Shown piece after piece: positions 30,672-39,859 of a stretch of DNA of 64,000 nucleotides. Positions within the stretch are counted from its first letter, which is position 1. Every line of letters begins with the position of its first letter. The translations under genes were made by a program, and so were the position numbers. Origin of the DNA: Chthoniobacteraceae bacterium (GTDB lineage: Bacteria; Verrucomicrobiota; Verrucomicrobiia; Chthoniobacterales; Chthoniobacteraceae). The notes beneath the pieces are model-generated. The model searched no databases. It saw only the letters and a program-made list of their open reading frames with translations, and was not told the origin of the DNA. Location: NCBI GenBank assembly GCA_031409655.1, contig JANNXQ010000107.1:1-64000 (forward strand), given 5' to 3'.

Positions 30672-32522
30672 TCATCGCTGCAGCCATTGGGTGAGGAGCC
30701 ACTGGCACCAGAGGAAAAGGCGCTCGTCGGCGCGGTTGCTGCGATGCGCCGCGAGTTTCTTTTCGAGAAAAGCGCGGTCAAGTCCGGCGGGCAGAGCGCC
30801 AGTCCCGAAGTCAAACCGATCCTCGCGCAACCAGCGACCGATGGGCATGCCGAAGCCTTTCTTCGGGCGTGAGATGATCTCGGGCGGAAGTAGCGGCGCG
30901 AGCGCTTTCTTCAAGATCCACTTTGTCTCCCCGCCGCGCAGCTTGAGCTGCCATGGGATGCGACGGGCGAGATCGACGACCTCGATGTCGAGGAAAGGCG
31001 AGCGGGCTTCGAGCGAGCAGAGCATCGAGGCGCGGTCCACTTTCGCGAGAATGCCGTCCTGAAGATAGAGCTGCGTCCAGAATTGCAGCGCGCGATCGAC
31101 GACATTCGGTTGCGCGCAGCGGTCCCACGCTTCGATCGCCTCGCTGTAGATTTCCTCGGGGTCAGCAGGCTCGCGAAAGTACTCCGTGATGTCCGCAGGC
31201 TCCAGAGCGCCCATCCACAAAGGATTCCAGAGCGGCGGCGCGTAGCTCAGGCCGCGCAGAAAGCGCTTCACTTTGAAGTCGAAGCTGATGTTCGCGTGGG
31301 TCACCGGAAGCCGCGCGGCGAGGTGGCGGAGGCCAACGTGAATCGGACGCGGCACGAACTTCGCGTAGAGTTCCGCGGTGCGCAGTGCGCGCATCGGATC
31401 GTAGCCGGCGAAGAGTTCATCGCCACCATCACCGCCGAGCGCGACGGTCACGTGCTGGCGGGTGAAGCGGGAGAGCAGATAGGTCGGGAGCAGCGAGCCG
31501 TCGCCGAGCGGTTCGTCGAGGCGCGCGATGAGTTCCGGCAGCAGCGCGGAAGACTTGTCGAGATCGAGCGTCTCGTGATGGTGCCGGGTGCCGAGCTTTT
31601 CCGCGACGAGCCGGGCCCATTGCGATTCGTCGAAGGTCGGATCATCGAAGCCGATGGAAAAGGTATTGAGCTGACCGGCTGGGACGTGCTTCGCCGCGAG
31701 TGCCGCGATGGCACTGGAGTCGATGCCACCGCTGAGAAAAACCCCGAGCGGCACATCCGACATGAGCCGGCGCTTTGTCGCGCGCTCGAGGGTCTCGCGG
31801 AGCTCTACCTCATAGGTCGCATGGGTCTCATGCGCCCCATGCGGCTCGATGACAAACTCCCACCACCGCCACGTCTTCAGCTCCCGCTTCGCCAGATCGT
31901 AGCTGAGGCTGTGTCCGCCCGGCAGCTTCCACACTCGCTCATAGATCGAGCGCGGCGCGGGGATGTAGCAGTACGCAAAGTACTTCTTCAGCGACAGCGG
32001 CGAGAGACCGGTTGGACACACCGGATGCTGCGTGAGCGCCGAAAGTTCACTGGCAAAGCCGAGGGTGTCGCCTTCGTGAAAGTAATACAGCGGCTTCTTC
32101 CCGAAGCGGTCGCGCGAGCCGAACAGCCGCCGCCGCGCGCGATCGTAGATCACGAACGCCCACATCCCATTCAGCCGCTCGACGAAACCATCGCCCCACG
32201 TCCGGTAGCCGTGCAGCAAGACCTCGGTGTCGCTGTGATCGGTGACAAACTCGCAGCCCGCCGCCTGCAACCCCGCGCGCAGTTCCGCGTGATTGTAGAT
32301 CTCGCCATTGAAGATCACACTGAGCTGCCCATCGCGCGTCCACATCGGCTGCGCGCCGCCGCCGAGATCGACGATCGACAGCCGCCGATGGCCGAGGAAG
32401 ACACCCGCGCTTTCCTCCTGCCAGTGACCCTCAGCGTCCGGGCCGCGGTGGCGGATGGCGTCCGTCATCCGGCGCAGCGTGGCCACATCGCCGCGACCGA
32501 CGAAGCCAGCTATCCCGCACAT
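30672..32522 (-). CDS. asnB: Asparagine synthase (glutamine-hydrolysing) family amidotransferase
   Basis: MCGIAG, HRGPD, GHRRLSIVDL, FNGEIYNH, LSGGIDSS, GDGGDELFAGY, KVDRASM, RPKKGF. Confidence 0.93.
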   Translation of the reverse strand: MCGIAGFVGRGDVATLRRMTDAIRHRGPDAEGHWQEESAGVFLGHRRLSIVDLGGGAQPMWTRDGQLSVIFNGEIYNHAELRAGLQAAGCEFVTDHSDTEVLLHGYRTWGDGFVERLNGMWAFVIYDRARRRLFGSRDRFGKKPLYYFHEGDTLGFASELSALTQHPVCPTGLSPLSLKKYFAYCYIPAPRSIYERVWKLPGGHSLSYDLAKRELKTWRWWEFVIEPHGAHETHATYEVELRETLERATKRRLMSDVPLGVFLSGGIDSSAIAALAAKHVPAGQLNTFSIGFDDPTFDESQWARLVAEKLGTRHHHETLDLDKSSALLPELIARLDEPLGDGSLLPTYLLSRFTRQHVTVALGGDGGDELFAGYDPMRALRTAELYAKFVPRPIHVGLRHLAARLPVTHANISFDFKVKRFLRGLSYAPPLWNPLWMGALEPADITEYFREPADPEEIYSEAIEAWDRCAQPNVVDRALQFWTQLYLQDGILAKVDRASMLCSLEARSPFLDIEVVDLARRIPWQLKLRGGETKWILKKALAPLLPPEIISRPKKGFGMPIGRWLREDRFDFGTGALPAGLDRAFLEKKLAAHRSNRADERLFLWCQWLLTQWLQR

Positions 32523-32528
32523 CGGCCC

Positions 32529-32630
32529 AGAAAACGTCGAACATCGAACACCGAACATCGAACATCGAACGGGCAGAGGCCGCAGCCCGTTCGACGTTCG
32601 ACGTTCGATGTTCGATGTTCGATGTTCCTC
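32529..32630. repeat. Inverted heptamer-repeat palindrome (AACATCG)5 ... (CGATGTT)5
   Basis: Arms 32533-32574 and 32585-32626; fills the gap between the GT2 stop and the asnB ATG. Confidence 0.95.
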
Positions 32631-33576
32631 ATTTCCCCGCCAGATTCCTCGTCCCACGCACGAGGTACACGCTCTTATTCTGGCTCTCGTAAAAAGTCCG
32701 CATGATCATCTCCGCAAGCAGCCCCATGAGGATGCACATCAGCCCCGTCACCGCGGTAAGCACCGCGCAGAGGAGTAGCGGATTGCGGATAAAAGACTCG
32801 CCTTCGACGAGCTTCCGCCACAGCGCCAGGCCGCCGCTCGCGATGCTGACGGACAGCGTCGCGAGGCCGACGGCCCCGAAGAGATACATCGGCTTCTGCT
32901 GGAAGCGGTCGAGGAACTTTACCGTCACCAGATCGGCGACCACCTTCAGTACCCGCTCAAGGCCATACTTTGAGTCGCCAGCGGTGCGGGCGGAGTGACG
33001 CACCACGACCTCGGCGATCTCCGCTCCGTGCCAGCGGGCGTAGATCGGCAGGAAGCGGTGCATCTCGCCATAGAGCCGAACGCCTTCGATGACCTCGCGC
33101 CGATACGCCTTCAGCGAACAGCCGAAGTCATGCAGCCGCACGCCGCTGACGAGCGAGATGAGCCGGTTCGCCATGATGCTCGGGAAGTTGCGCTTGATCG
33201 CATTGTCCTGCCGATCCTTCCGCCAGCCGCTCACGACATCGAAGCCTTCGTCGAGCTTCGCGAGGAGCAGCGGGATATCGGCGGGATCATTTTGCAGATC
33301 GCCATCCATCGGGATGATGATCTCGCCGGTCGCGAAATCGAAGCCGGCCATCATCGCGGCGGTCTGGCCGAAATTGCGGCGGAAATGCACCACCTTCACG
33401 CGCGCATCGTGACCCGCGAGTTCGTCGAGTAGTTCGTCCGAGCCGTCCGTCGAGCCATCATTGACGAGCACGAGTTCCCACGGCCCGCCGACTTTCTCCA
33501 TCGCATCGCGCACGCGTTCGTAGAGGGGCTTGAGATTTCCCGCCTCATTGCAGATCGGGATCGTCACGGAAATCAT
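32629..33576 (-). CDS. GT2 polyprenyl-phosphate glycosyltransferase (ArnC/GtrB-like)
   Basis: VNDGSTDGS, RNFGQTAA, MDGDLQNDP, DVVSGWR, HDFGCSLKAYR, two C-terminal TMs. Confidence 0.9.
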   Translation of the reverse strand: MISVTIPICNEAGNLKPLYERVRDAMEKVGGPWELVLVNDGSTDGSDELLDELAGHDARVKVVHFRRNFGQTAAMMAGFDFATGEIIIPMDGDLQNDPADIPLLLAKLDEGFDVVSGWRKDRQDNAIKRNFPSIMANRLISLVSGVRLHDFGCSLKAYRREVIEGVRLYGEMHRFLPIYARWHGAEIAEVVVRHSARTAGDSKYGLERVLKVVADLVTVKFLDRFQQKPMYLFGAVGLATLSVSIASGGLALWRKLVEGESFIRNPLLLCAVLTAVTGLMCILMGLLAEMIMRTFYESQNKSVYLVRGTRNLAGK

Positions 33577-33630
33577 CGGGCAACGAACGTAGGAACTCGC
33601 GGAGAGCGGTGGCAATGGAAAAGGCGGGCA

Positions 33631-33685
33631 ATGCTGGATGCTCGATGGCAGCGGCACGTCCCAGCGAGCATCCCGCATCCAGCAT
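33631..33685. repeat. Short inverted heptamer repeat (GATGCTG)/(CAGCATC)
   Basis: atgctggatgctcgatg ... gcatcccgcatccagcat. Confidence 0.7.
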
Positions 33686-33906
33686 CTTCCCTCTGAGAAA
33701 GATGCTTCCCGATTTCCGCCGCGCACGCCACGCTCAGAGTTTCCAGAGCTGCCGGAGATCCGCGGATTTTTCCCCGAGCCCGCAGGCCCGCGCCGCTCGC
33801 CCACCATCCATTCATCCTCATGGTCTTGTTGAAATCATCGACGAGCGGCCAAGGGCGGCAGCTTGCCGAGATTTGGGTGCAAAAGTGCCGCCGCGAACTT
33901 TCACTC

Positions 33907-34023
33907 GGAGAAAACATCGAACATCGAACATCGAACGTCGAACATCGAAAGGCGGATCGAGCGCGCACGGATTCCCTGCGTTCGACGTTCAGTGTTCGAC
34001 GTTCGATGTTCGATGTTTTCTCC
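33907..34023. repeat. Inverted heptamer-repeat palindrome (AACATCG)5 ... (CGATGTT)n upstream of wzm
   Basis: ggagaaaacatcgaacatcgaac ... gttcgatgttcgatgttttctcc; ends 10 nt before the wzm ATG. Confidence 0.95.
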
Positions 34024-34033
34024 ACGCCTGCCC

Positions 34034-34897
34034 ATGTCTGACGCCACCACCGAAGACCTCTCGCAGTGGGACCGGGTGCTCGCCCCACAGCGTCCGTGGT
34101 TCGATCTCCGCCTGCGTGAGATCTGGAAATACCGCGACCTCGTTCTCCTCTTCGTGCGCCGCGATTTCACCTCCACCTACAAGCAGACCCTCCTCGGTCC
34201 GCTCTGGTACCTGATCCAGCCGCTCTTCACCACGTTCACCTTCGCGCTGATCTTTGGCTACTTCGCCAAAGTGCGCACCGACGGTCTCCCGCAACTCCTC
34301 TTCTTCATGTCGGGCGTCGTGGCCTGGAGTTACTTCGCGGATTGCCTGGCGAAGACGGCCAATACCTTCCGCGGCAACGCCGGGCTCTTCGGGAAAATCT
34401 ATTTTCCGCGGCTCATCGTCCCGATCTCCATCGTGATCACGAACATGGTCACCTTTCTCATCCAGTTCGGCCTCTTTCTGCTGATGCTTGGCTTCTATTG
34501 GTGGAAGGGCGCGCCCGTTTTCCCCAACTACCGCGTCATCATCCTCCCGCTGCTCATCCTCCAGATGGCGCTCCTGGGGCTCGGTGTCGGGGCGATCGTC
34601 TCTTCGCTCACCACCCGCTGGCGCGATGTCGGGATGCTCGTTGGCTTTGGCACACAGCTCTGGATGTACGGGAGCAGCGTGGTGCTGCCGCTCTCGGCGA
34701 TCCCGGAGGATCTCCGCTGGATCTTCGTGCTCAATCCCATGGTCCCGATCATCGAGACATTCCGCTTCGCCTTCCTTGGTCGCGGCGTGGTCGAGATCTG
34801 GCAGCTCCTGGTCAGCCTCGCCGTCACGCTGGTCATCTTCTTTGCCGGCATCGTCATTTTCAGCCGCGTCGAGCGCGACTTCATGGACACCGTCTAG
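34034..34897 (+). CDS. wzm: Polysaccharide ABC transporter permease
   Basis: YRDLVLLFVRRDF..YKQTLLGPLW..QPL, KIYFPRLI, LNPM..IIETFR. Confidence 0.9.
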   Translation: MSDATTEDLSQWDRVLAPQRPWFDLRLREIWKYRDLVLLFVRRDFTSTYKQTLLGPLWYLIQPLFTTFTFALIFGYFAKVRTDGLPQLLFFMSGVVAWSYFADCLAKTANTFRGNAGLFGKIYFPRLIVPISIVITNMVTFLIQFGLFLLMLGFYWWKGAPVFPNYRVIILPLLILQMALLGLGVGAIVSSLTTRWRDVGMLVGFGTQLWMYGSSVVLPLSAIPEDLRWIFVLNPMVPIIETFRFAFLGRGVVEIWQLLVSLAVTLVIFFAGIVIFSRVERDFMDTV

Positions 34898-34901
34898 CCC
34901 G

Positions 34902-36194
34902 ATGCCCACTGCTATCCGCGTCGAGAATCTCTCGAAACAATATCACCTCGGAGCCATCAATCGGCAGATGCTCTACGAAGAGTTGCAGAGCCGCTGGGCG
35001 CGTTGGCGCGGCCTGGAAGATCCGCATTCCAAAGTCGGCGCGCACGCGAAACGCAACGAAGGCGACGGCTCCTTCTGGGCGCTGCGCAATGTGTCCTTTG
35101 AAATCGAGCAGGGCGATGTCGTCGGGATCATCGGACGCAATGGGGCCGGAAAGTCCACGCTGCTCAAGATTCTCTCGCAGATCACTTCGCCGACCGAAGG
35201 CCGCGTGCTGCTCAAAGGGCGCATGGCCAGCCTGCTCGAAGTCGGCACCGGTTTTCATCCCGAGCTGAGCGGACGGGAAAATGTGTTCCTCAACGGCGCC
35301 ATCCTCGGCATGACGCGGGAGGAGATCGCCAGGAAGTTCGACGAGATCGTTGCCTTCGCCGGCGTGGAAGAATTTCTCGATACCCCGGTAAAACGCTACT
35401 CCAGCGGTATGACCGTGCGGCTCGCTTTTGCCGTGGCCGCGCACCTCGAGCCAGAGACGCTCGTGATCGATGAAGTGCTCGCCGTGGGTGACGAAGCCTT
35501 TCAGCGAAAGTGCCTCGGCAAGATGGACGAAGTCTCCCAGCGCGAAGGCCGCACGCTGCTCTTCGTGAGCCACAACATGGCCGCCGTGAACAGCCTCTGC
35601 CGCAACACCATCGTCATGGACGACGGCCGCATCGCCTTCAGCGGACCGACCCCGGAAGCCGTCGGCTACTACCTCCGCCACATCGCGCTCCAGGACGCCG
35701 ACGATCACAGTAATCCGCTCACGTTTCCCGATGTCCCCGCGCAGCCCATCCAGTTCTCCGAGATCGCGCTCCTCGACGCGGCGACGAACCAGCCCGGGTT
35801 GAAATTCGACTACCTCGCCGGGGCCGCGATCGACATCACACTCACCGTGCGCACTGGCGACCGCGACTACTACACCGCCGTCACGATCGCCGATCCGCTG
35901 GGCAACTGGATCATTTTCACCAGCGACGAAGATCTCGTCGAACCGCCGATCAGCAAAGTCGGCCCCGGCCGCTACCGCTATCGCATCGCCATCCCCGGCG
36001 GCCTGCTCAAGCCGGGCAACTACTCGCTCACCGTCGCCGTCTGCAAACGCCCCGTCGGGCGCATCGAACGCTACGACGGGGTCTTCTCCTTCGACATCGT
36101 GGATGTCACCTCGCGCCGCGCGCTGAAGGGCCTCTACCGCAAGCCCGCGCTCGTCGCCCCGGAGATTCCCTGGCCGCTCGTTTCGGCTCCATGA
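34902..36194 (+). CDS. wzt: Polysaccharide ABC transporter ATPase with C-terminal carbohydrate-binding (Wzt_C-like) domain
   Basis: GRNGAGKSTLLK, LEVGTGFHPELSGREN, YSSGM, IDEVLAVGD, VSH; C-terminal extension ending LKPGNYSL. Confidence 0.9.
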   Translation: MPTAIRVENLSKQYHLGAINRQMLYEELQSRWARWRGLEDPHSKVGAHAKRNEGDGSFWALRNVSFEIEQGDVVGIIGRNGAGKSTLLKILSQITSPTEGRVLLKGRMASLLEVGTGFHPELSGRENVFLNGAILGMTREEIARKFDEIVAFAGVEEFLDTPVKRYSSGMTVRLAFAVAAHLEPETLVIDEVLAVGDEAFQRKCLGKMDEVSQREGRTLLFVSHNMAAVNSLCRNTIVMDDGRIAFSGPTPEAVGYYLRHIALQDADDHSNPLTFPDVPAQPIQFSEIALLDAATNQPGLKFDYLAGAAIDITLTVRTGDRDYYTAVTIADPLGNWIIFTSDEDLVEPPISKVGPGRYRYRIAIPGGLLKPGNYSLTVAVCKRPVGRIERYDGVFSFDIVDVTSRRALKGLYRKPALVAPEIPWPLVSAP

Positions 36195-37108
36195 CGGCGT
36201 CGCCATTCTTAAATTGGAACGTCGCGGAAGACTCGGCGAACGTCGTCGATTCCGCCGTCGCCCTGCGCAAGAGCAACGCCGAGATCGTCTATGCGCCGAT
36301 CTTTTCCTCCGAGCAGCGCGCGCAGAAGTTTCTCCAAACGGACCGCGTCGTCTGGCGACGGCGCACGCTGGAGAAGTTCGCGCTTTTCACCGGAAAGCCC
36401 ATCGCGGGAAAAGTGATCGAGATCGGCGCGGGCACCGGTTGGTGTTCGGCCGTGCTCTCCCAGGAACCGGCGGTGGAGGAAGTCTATACGCTGGAATACG
36501 ACCGCTACTGCGTGGAGACGCTCATCCCGATGTCGCACCGCGCGCTCGGTGCCAAGGAAGAGAAAATCCGGCGCGTGCTCGGCAGCTTCAACCTCCTGAA
36601 GTGCGGCGACGGCTTCTTCGATCTGGTGGTCTCCATCGGCGCACTGCACCACTCGGAAAATCTGCGCACGACGCTGCGGGAATGCTTCCGCGCGCTGAAA
36701 CCCGGCGGCTGGCTGCTCGCCACGGAGCCGTGCGAATTCAACTCGATGACGCAGCGCGAGCACTACGAAATCATGCATCGCCCGATCCCCTCCGACGACG
36801 GGCGCACCGTCACGAAGGCCGAGAAGTCCGATCACATCGTGCGCCTCTGCCAATACGAAGCCGCCGCCTACGACGCGGGCTTTGATGTGACGTCGTTCGC
36901 CTTCGACGCCACGCCGAAAAGCGGTGGCCGGCTCGCGTCGATTGCGCGAATGGGTAGCGGATTGCTGCGCGGCGACGCGCTCTTCACCGACGCCCGTTCC
37001 TACACCGGTTTTCAACGGCACGTCGCCTATCCCTACTTCGCAAAAAAATCATTTCCCCCGCGCGAGGCGCTGTATGACAAAGGTCTCTTCTTCCTGCAAA
37101 AACCATGA
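36191..37108 (+). CDS. Class I SAM-dependent methyltransferase
   Basis: VIEIGAGTGW, FDLVVSIGALHH, RALKPGG. Confidence 0.88.
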   Translation: MTASPFLNWNVAEDSANVVDSAVALRKSNAEIVYAPIFSSEQRAQKFLQTDRVVWRRRTLEKFALFTGKPIAGKVIEIGAGTGWCSAVLSQEPAVEEVYTLEYDRYCVETLIPMSHRALGAKEEKIRRVLGSFNLLKCGDGFFDLVVSIGALHHSENLRTTLRECFRALKPGGWLLATEPCEFNSMTQREHYEIMHRPIPSDDGRTVTKAEKSDHIVRLCQYEAAAYDAGFDVTSFAFDATPKSGGRLASIARMGSGLLRGDALFTDARSYTGFQRHVAYPYFAKKSFPPREALYDKGLFFLQKP

Positions 37109-37878
37109 GCCAGCTCGCGGACATCACCTTCCCAAAAACCACGCCGCTCCCGAAGATCCTCGATGCCATCGACGAGTTCGGCGTGCTCATCATTCCCGAC
37201 TATCTCGACGCGGAAAAAGTCACCGGTCTGACCGAGGAATTTCTCCGCTTCTTCGAGACGGAAGCCGCCTACGTGCAGCGGCTCGAGTATAAGGCCGGAC
37301 GCGCTGTCAGCGTCCGCCGTTCGCAACTCGATACCGCGCTCTTTCCGCTGACCGCCGAGGTCTTCGGCTCGGAATACGTGGAGCGGTGCACGGATCGCTA
37401 CTACCGCGGAAAGCCGCACCTCACGAATTTCGAGATCTTCTGCACGCACGATCAGCCGCGCGAGGAGCCGATCAATCCCATCCATTTCGACAAGCTCCAG
37501 TCGCTGAAATTTTTCCTCTATCTCAAGGACACGACCGCGACGAACGGCGCGTTTGATTGCGCTCCCGGCTCACATCACGCCGCTCGTAAAATTGCCAACC
37601 GCCACTTGCGCCGCGGTGGGCGGATGAAGGAAATCCCGAATCAACAGCTCCCGCCCGAAGGCCTGCCGCTCATCCCGATTGAAGGTCCGGCCGGCGCGAT
37701 GATCATCTTCACCACCGACGCGTATCATCGCGGCGGCGTCGTCTCGCCGGGCACCGAGCGTTTCGTGATGCGCGGACACTGCCGGTCGCAGCCCGCTCCG
37801 GTCTATGAGCCGACGCGCGGCAGCCGCCAATGGTGGCGCGAGTCGGCGTTCAATCCGCTGCGGTATCTCCCTGTCTGA
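37105..37878 (+). CDS. Phytanoyl-CoA dioxygenase (PhyH)-like Fe(II)/2-oxoglutarate oxygenase
   Basis: HFD..LKFFLYLKD..NGAF..PGSH..GPAGAMIIF...YHRGG..R. Confidence 0.75.
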   Translation: MSQLADITFPKTTPLPKILDAIDEFGVLIIPDYLDAEKVTGLTEEFLRFFETEAAYVQRLEYKAGRAVSVRRSQLDTALFPLTAEVFGSEYVERCTDRYYRGKPHLTNFEIFCTHDQPREEPINPIHFDKLQSLKFFLYLKDTTATNGAFDCAPGSHHAARKIANRHLRRGGRMKEIPNQQLPPEGLPLIPIEGPAGAMIIFTTDAYHRGGVVSPGTERFVMRGHCRSQPAPVYEPTRGSRQWWRESAFNPLRYLPV

Positions 37879-38939
37879 TGCTGGAGTTTGATTTGTTGGG
37901 CCGCCGGATCGGCCCCGGACATCCGACCTTCGTCATCGCGGAGGCCGGGGTGAATCACAACGGCGACCCGGAACTCGCGAGGAAACTCATCCGCGCCGTG
38001 CGCGCGACCGGCGCGGATTGCGTGAAGTTCCAGACCTTCAAAGCCGAGCGCGTCGTCACCGCCGCCGCGCCGAAAGCGAACTACCAACTCGGCACCACCG
38101 ACCCTGCCGAATCGCAGCTCGCGATGCTGCAAAAGCTGGAGTTGCCCGAGTCCGCGTATCGCGAACTCATCGCCCTCGCCGCCGCCGAGGGTGTCGCCTT
38201 TTTCTCCACACCCTACAATGAGGAGGACGTCGATTTCCTTGCCGGGCTTGGCATCGGCGCCTTCAAGCTCGCGTCGCTCTCCGTCGTCGAGCCCGCCTTT
38301 CTTCGCTACGTCGCGCAGCAGGGGAAACCGATCATCCTCTCGACCGGCATGGCCACACTCGAGGAAGTCGCGAGTGCCGTCGAAACCATGCGCGCCGCCG
38401 GCAACGAACAAATCGTGCTCCTGCAATGCACGACGAACTACCCCTCGCGGCTCGACGATGTGAACCTCCGCGCGATGCTCACGATGCGCGATGCCTGCCG
38501 CGTCCAGGTCGGCTACTCCGACCACACGCCCGGCCACACCGCCTGCATCGCCGCCGTCGCCCTCGGCGCCTGCGTCATCGAGAAACACTTCACCCTCGAC
38601 CGCACCCTGCCCGGCCCCGACCACACGACATCCTGCGACCCCGAAGAGTTCTCCGCTCTGATGCGCGAAATCCGCGCCACCGAACTCCTCCTCGGCTCCG
38701 CCGAAAAAGCGCCGTGCGAAGTCGAGGGCCGAAACGCCATCGGCATGCGCCGGAGCATCGTCGCCCGCCGCCCGATCGCCGCCGGCGAAGTCCTGCGCCC
38801 CGAGATGCTCTCCTTCAAACGCCCCTCCACCGGCATCCCCCCCGCACAGCTCGAAGAACTCGTGGGCCGCAAAGCTCAATGCGACATCGCTGCGGATACC
38901 TTGGTGACTTGGGAAATGTGCGGCGCTGCGCAAACCTGA
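37878..38939 (+). CDS. neuB: Nonulosonic acid synthase (NeuB family) with C-terminal SAF domain
   Basis: IAEAGVNHNGD, VKFQTF, ILSTGMA, GYSDHT, IEKHFTLDR..GPDH, RRSIVA..KRP.TGI. Confidence 0.92.
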   Translation: MLEFDLLGRRIGPGHPTFVIAEAGVNHNGDPELARKLIRAVRATGADCVKFQTFKAERVVTAAAPKANYQLGTTDPAESQLAMLQKLELPESAYRELIALAAAEGVAFFSTPYNEEDVDFLAGLGIGAFKLASLSVVEPAFLRYVAQQGKPIILSTGMATLEEVASAVETMRAAGNEQIVLLQCTTNYPSRLDDVNLRAMLTMRDACRVQVGYSDHTPGHTACIAAVALGACVIEKHFTLDRTLPGPDHTTSCDPEEFSALMREIRATELLLGSAEKAPCEVEGRNAIGMRRSIVARRPIAAGEVLRPEMLSFKRPSTGIPPAQLEELVGRKAQCDIAADTLVTWEMCGAAQT

Positions 38940-38961
38940 CAGCAGCAACAATCCTCCAGCG

Positions 38962-39843
38962 ATTCGCCCGAAAATCTACATCTCCACCGCGGCATTCGGC
39001 GGTGCGCCGCTCGGCGACATCTTCGCGCAGTGCGAGGCGGGCGGCATCACCGATCTCGAACTCAGCTCCGGTGCGCGGCTTGAGGCCGGCTGGCGCGAGT
39101 CCGTGCGCGCAGTGCGGCACCGGGGGATGCGCCTGCTCGTTCACAATTACTTTCCGTCGCCGGACGATCCTTTCGTGCTGAATCTCGCCGCTACCGATCC
39201 GGCCATCCGCGACCGCAGCCTTGGCTTCTGTCGCGCGAGTATCGACCTCACTGCGGAACTCGGCGCGCCTTTCTACAGCGTCCACAGCGGCTTCGCACTC
39301 AATCTCACGCCAGAGATGCTCGGTCATCCGGAAGTGCAGGCCGCGGCTGCGGAGCGGATCGCGATTCCCCGCGACGAGGCGCGGACGACTTTTCTTTCGT
39401 CGGTGCGCGAACTCGTCGGATACGCCCGAAGCGCGGGCGTGCGGTTGCTGGTGGAAAACAACGTTCTCTCGCAACGCTATCGCGAGCGGCAGGAGGGAAA
39501 TCCTTTACTGCTCTGCGATGCCGAAGAAGTCCTGTGGCTCATGCGCGAAGTGGCGGATCCCACGCTCGGTCTTCTTTTTGACACTGGCCACGCGAAGGTT
39601 TCCGCCAACGCGCTCGGCTTTGATCCGAACAAGTTTGTCGAAGCTGTAAGTCCGCACATCGGGGCGTGGCATGTGAGCGACAATGACGGCATCACCGATC
39701 AAAACGCGGCTTGTCGCGAAGACTCCTGGTTTCTGCCCGCCCTGCGCAAACATCCCGCCGCGCCAATCGTCATCGAGGTCGGCAAACTGACGGGCGAGGA
39801 AATCTCGCAGCAGATCGCATTGCTCGAACGTGCCCTTTCGTGA
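38962..39843 (+). CDS. Sugar-phosphate isomerase/epimerase (xylose-isomerase-like TIM barrel); start uncertain
   Basis: HNYFP..FVLNLA, YSVHSGF, VENNV, DTGHAKVS, HVSDNDG. The frame is open from 38908 and reads KIYISTAAF..LELSSG before the first GTG at 39103. Confidence 0.72.
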   Translation: MRPKIYISTAAFGGAPLGDIFAQCEAGGITDLELSSGARLEAGWRESVRAVRHRGMRLLVHNYFPSPDDPFVLNLAATDPAIRDRSLGFCRASIDLTAELGAPFYSVHSGFALNLTPEMLGHPEVQAAAAERIAIPRDEARTTFLSSVRELVGYARSAGVRLLVENNVLSQRYRERQEGNPLLLCDAEEVLWLMREVADPTLGLLFDTGHAKVSANALGFDPNKFVEAVSPHIGAWHVSDNDGITDQNAACREDSWFLPALRKHPAAPIVIEVGKLTGEEISQQIALLERALS

Positions 39844-39859
39844 AACGGTTCCTTAGCCC

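Noticed and set aside
32523..32657. N-terminal extension of asnB (EHRTSNIERRTS...) in the ORF track
   Set aside because: It is translated repeat; the enzyme needs an N-terminal Cys, so the start is MCGIAG at 32522. The extensions of wzm (33863) and cdsA (14834) were rejected on similar grounds.
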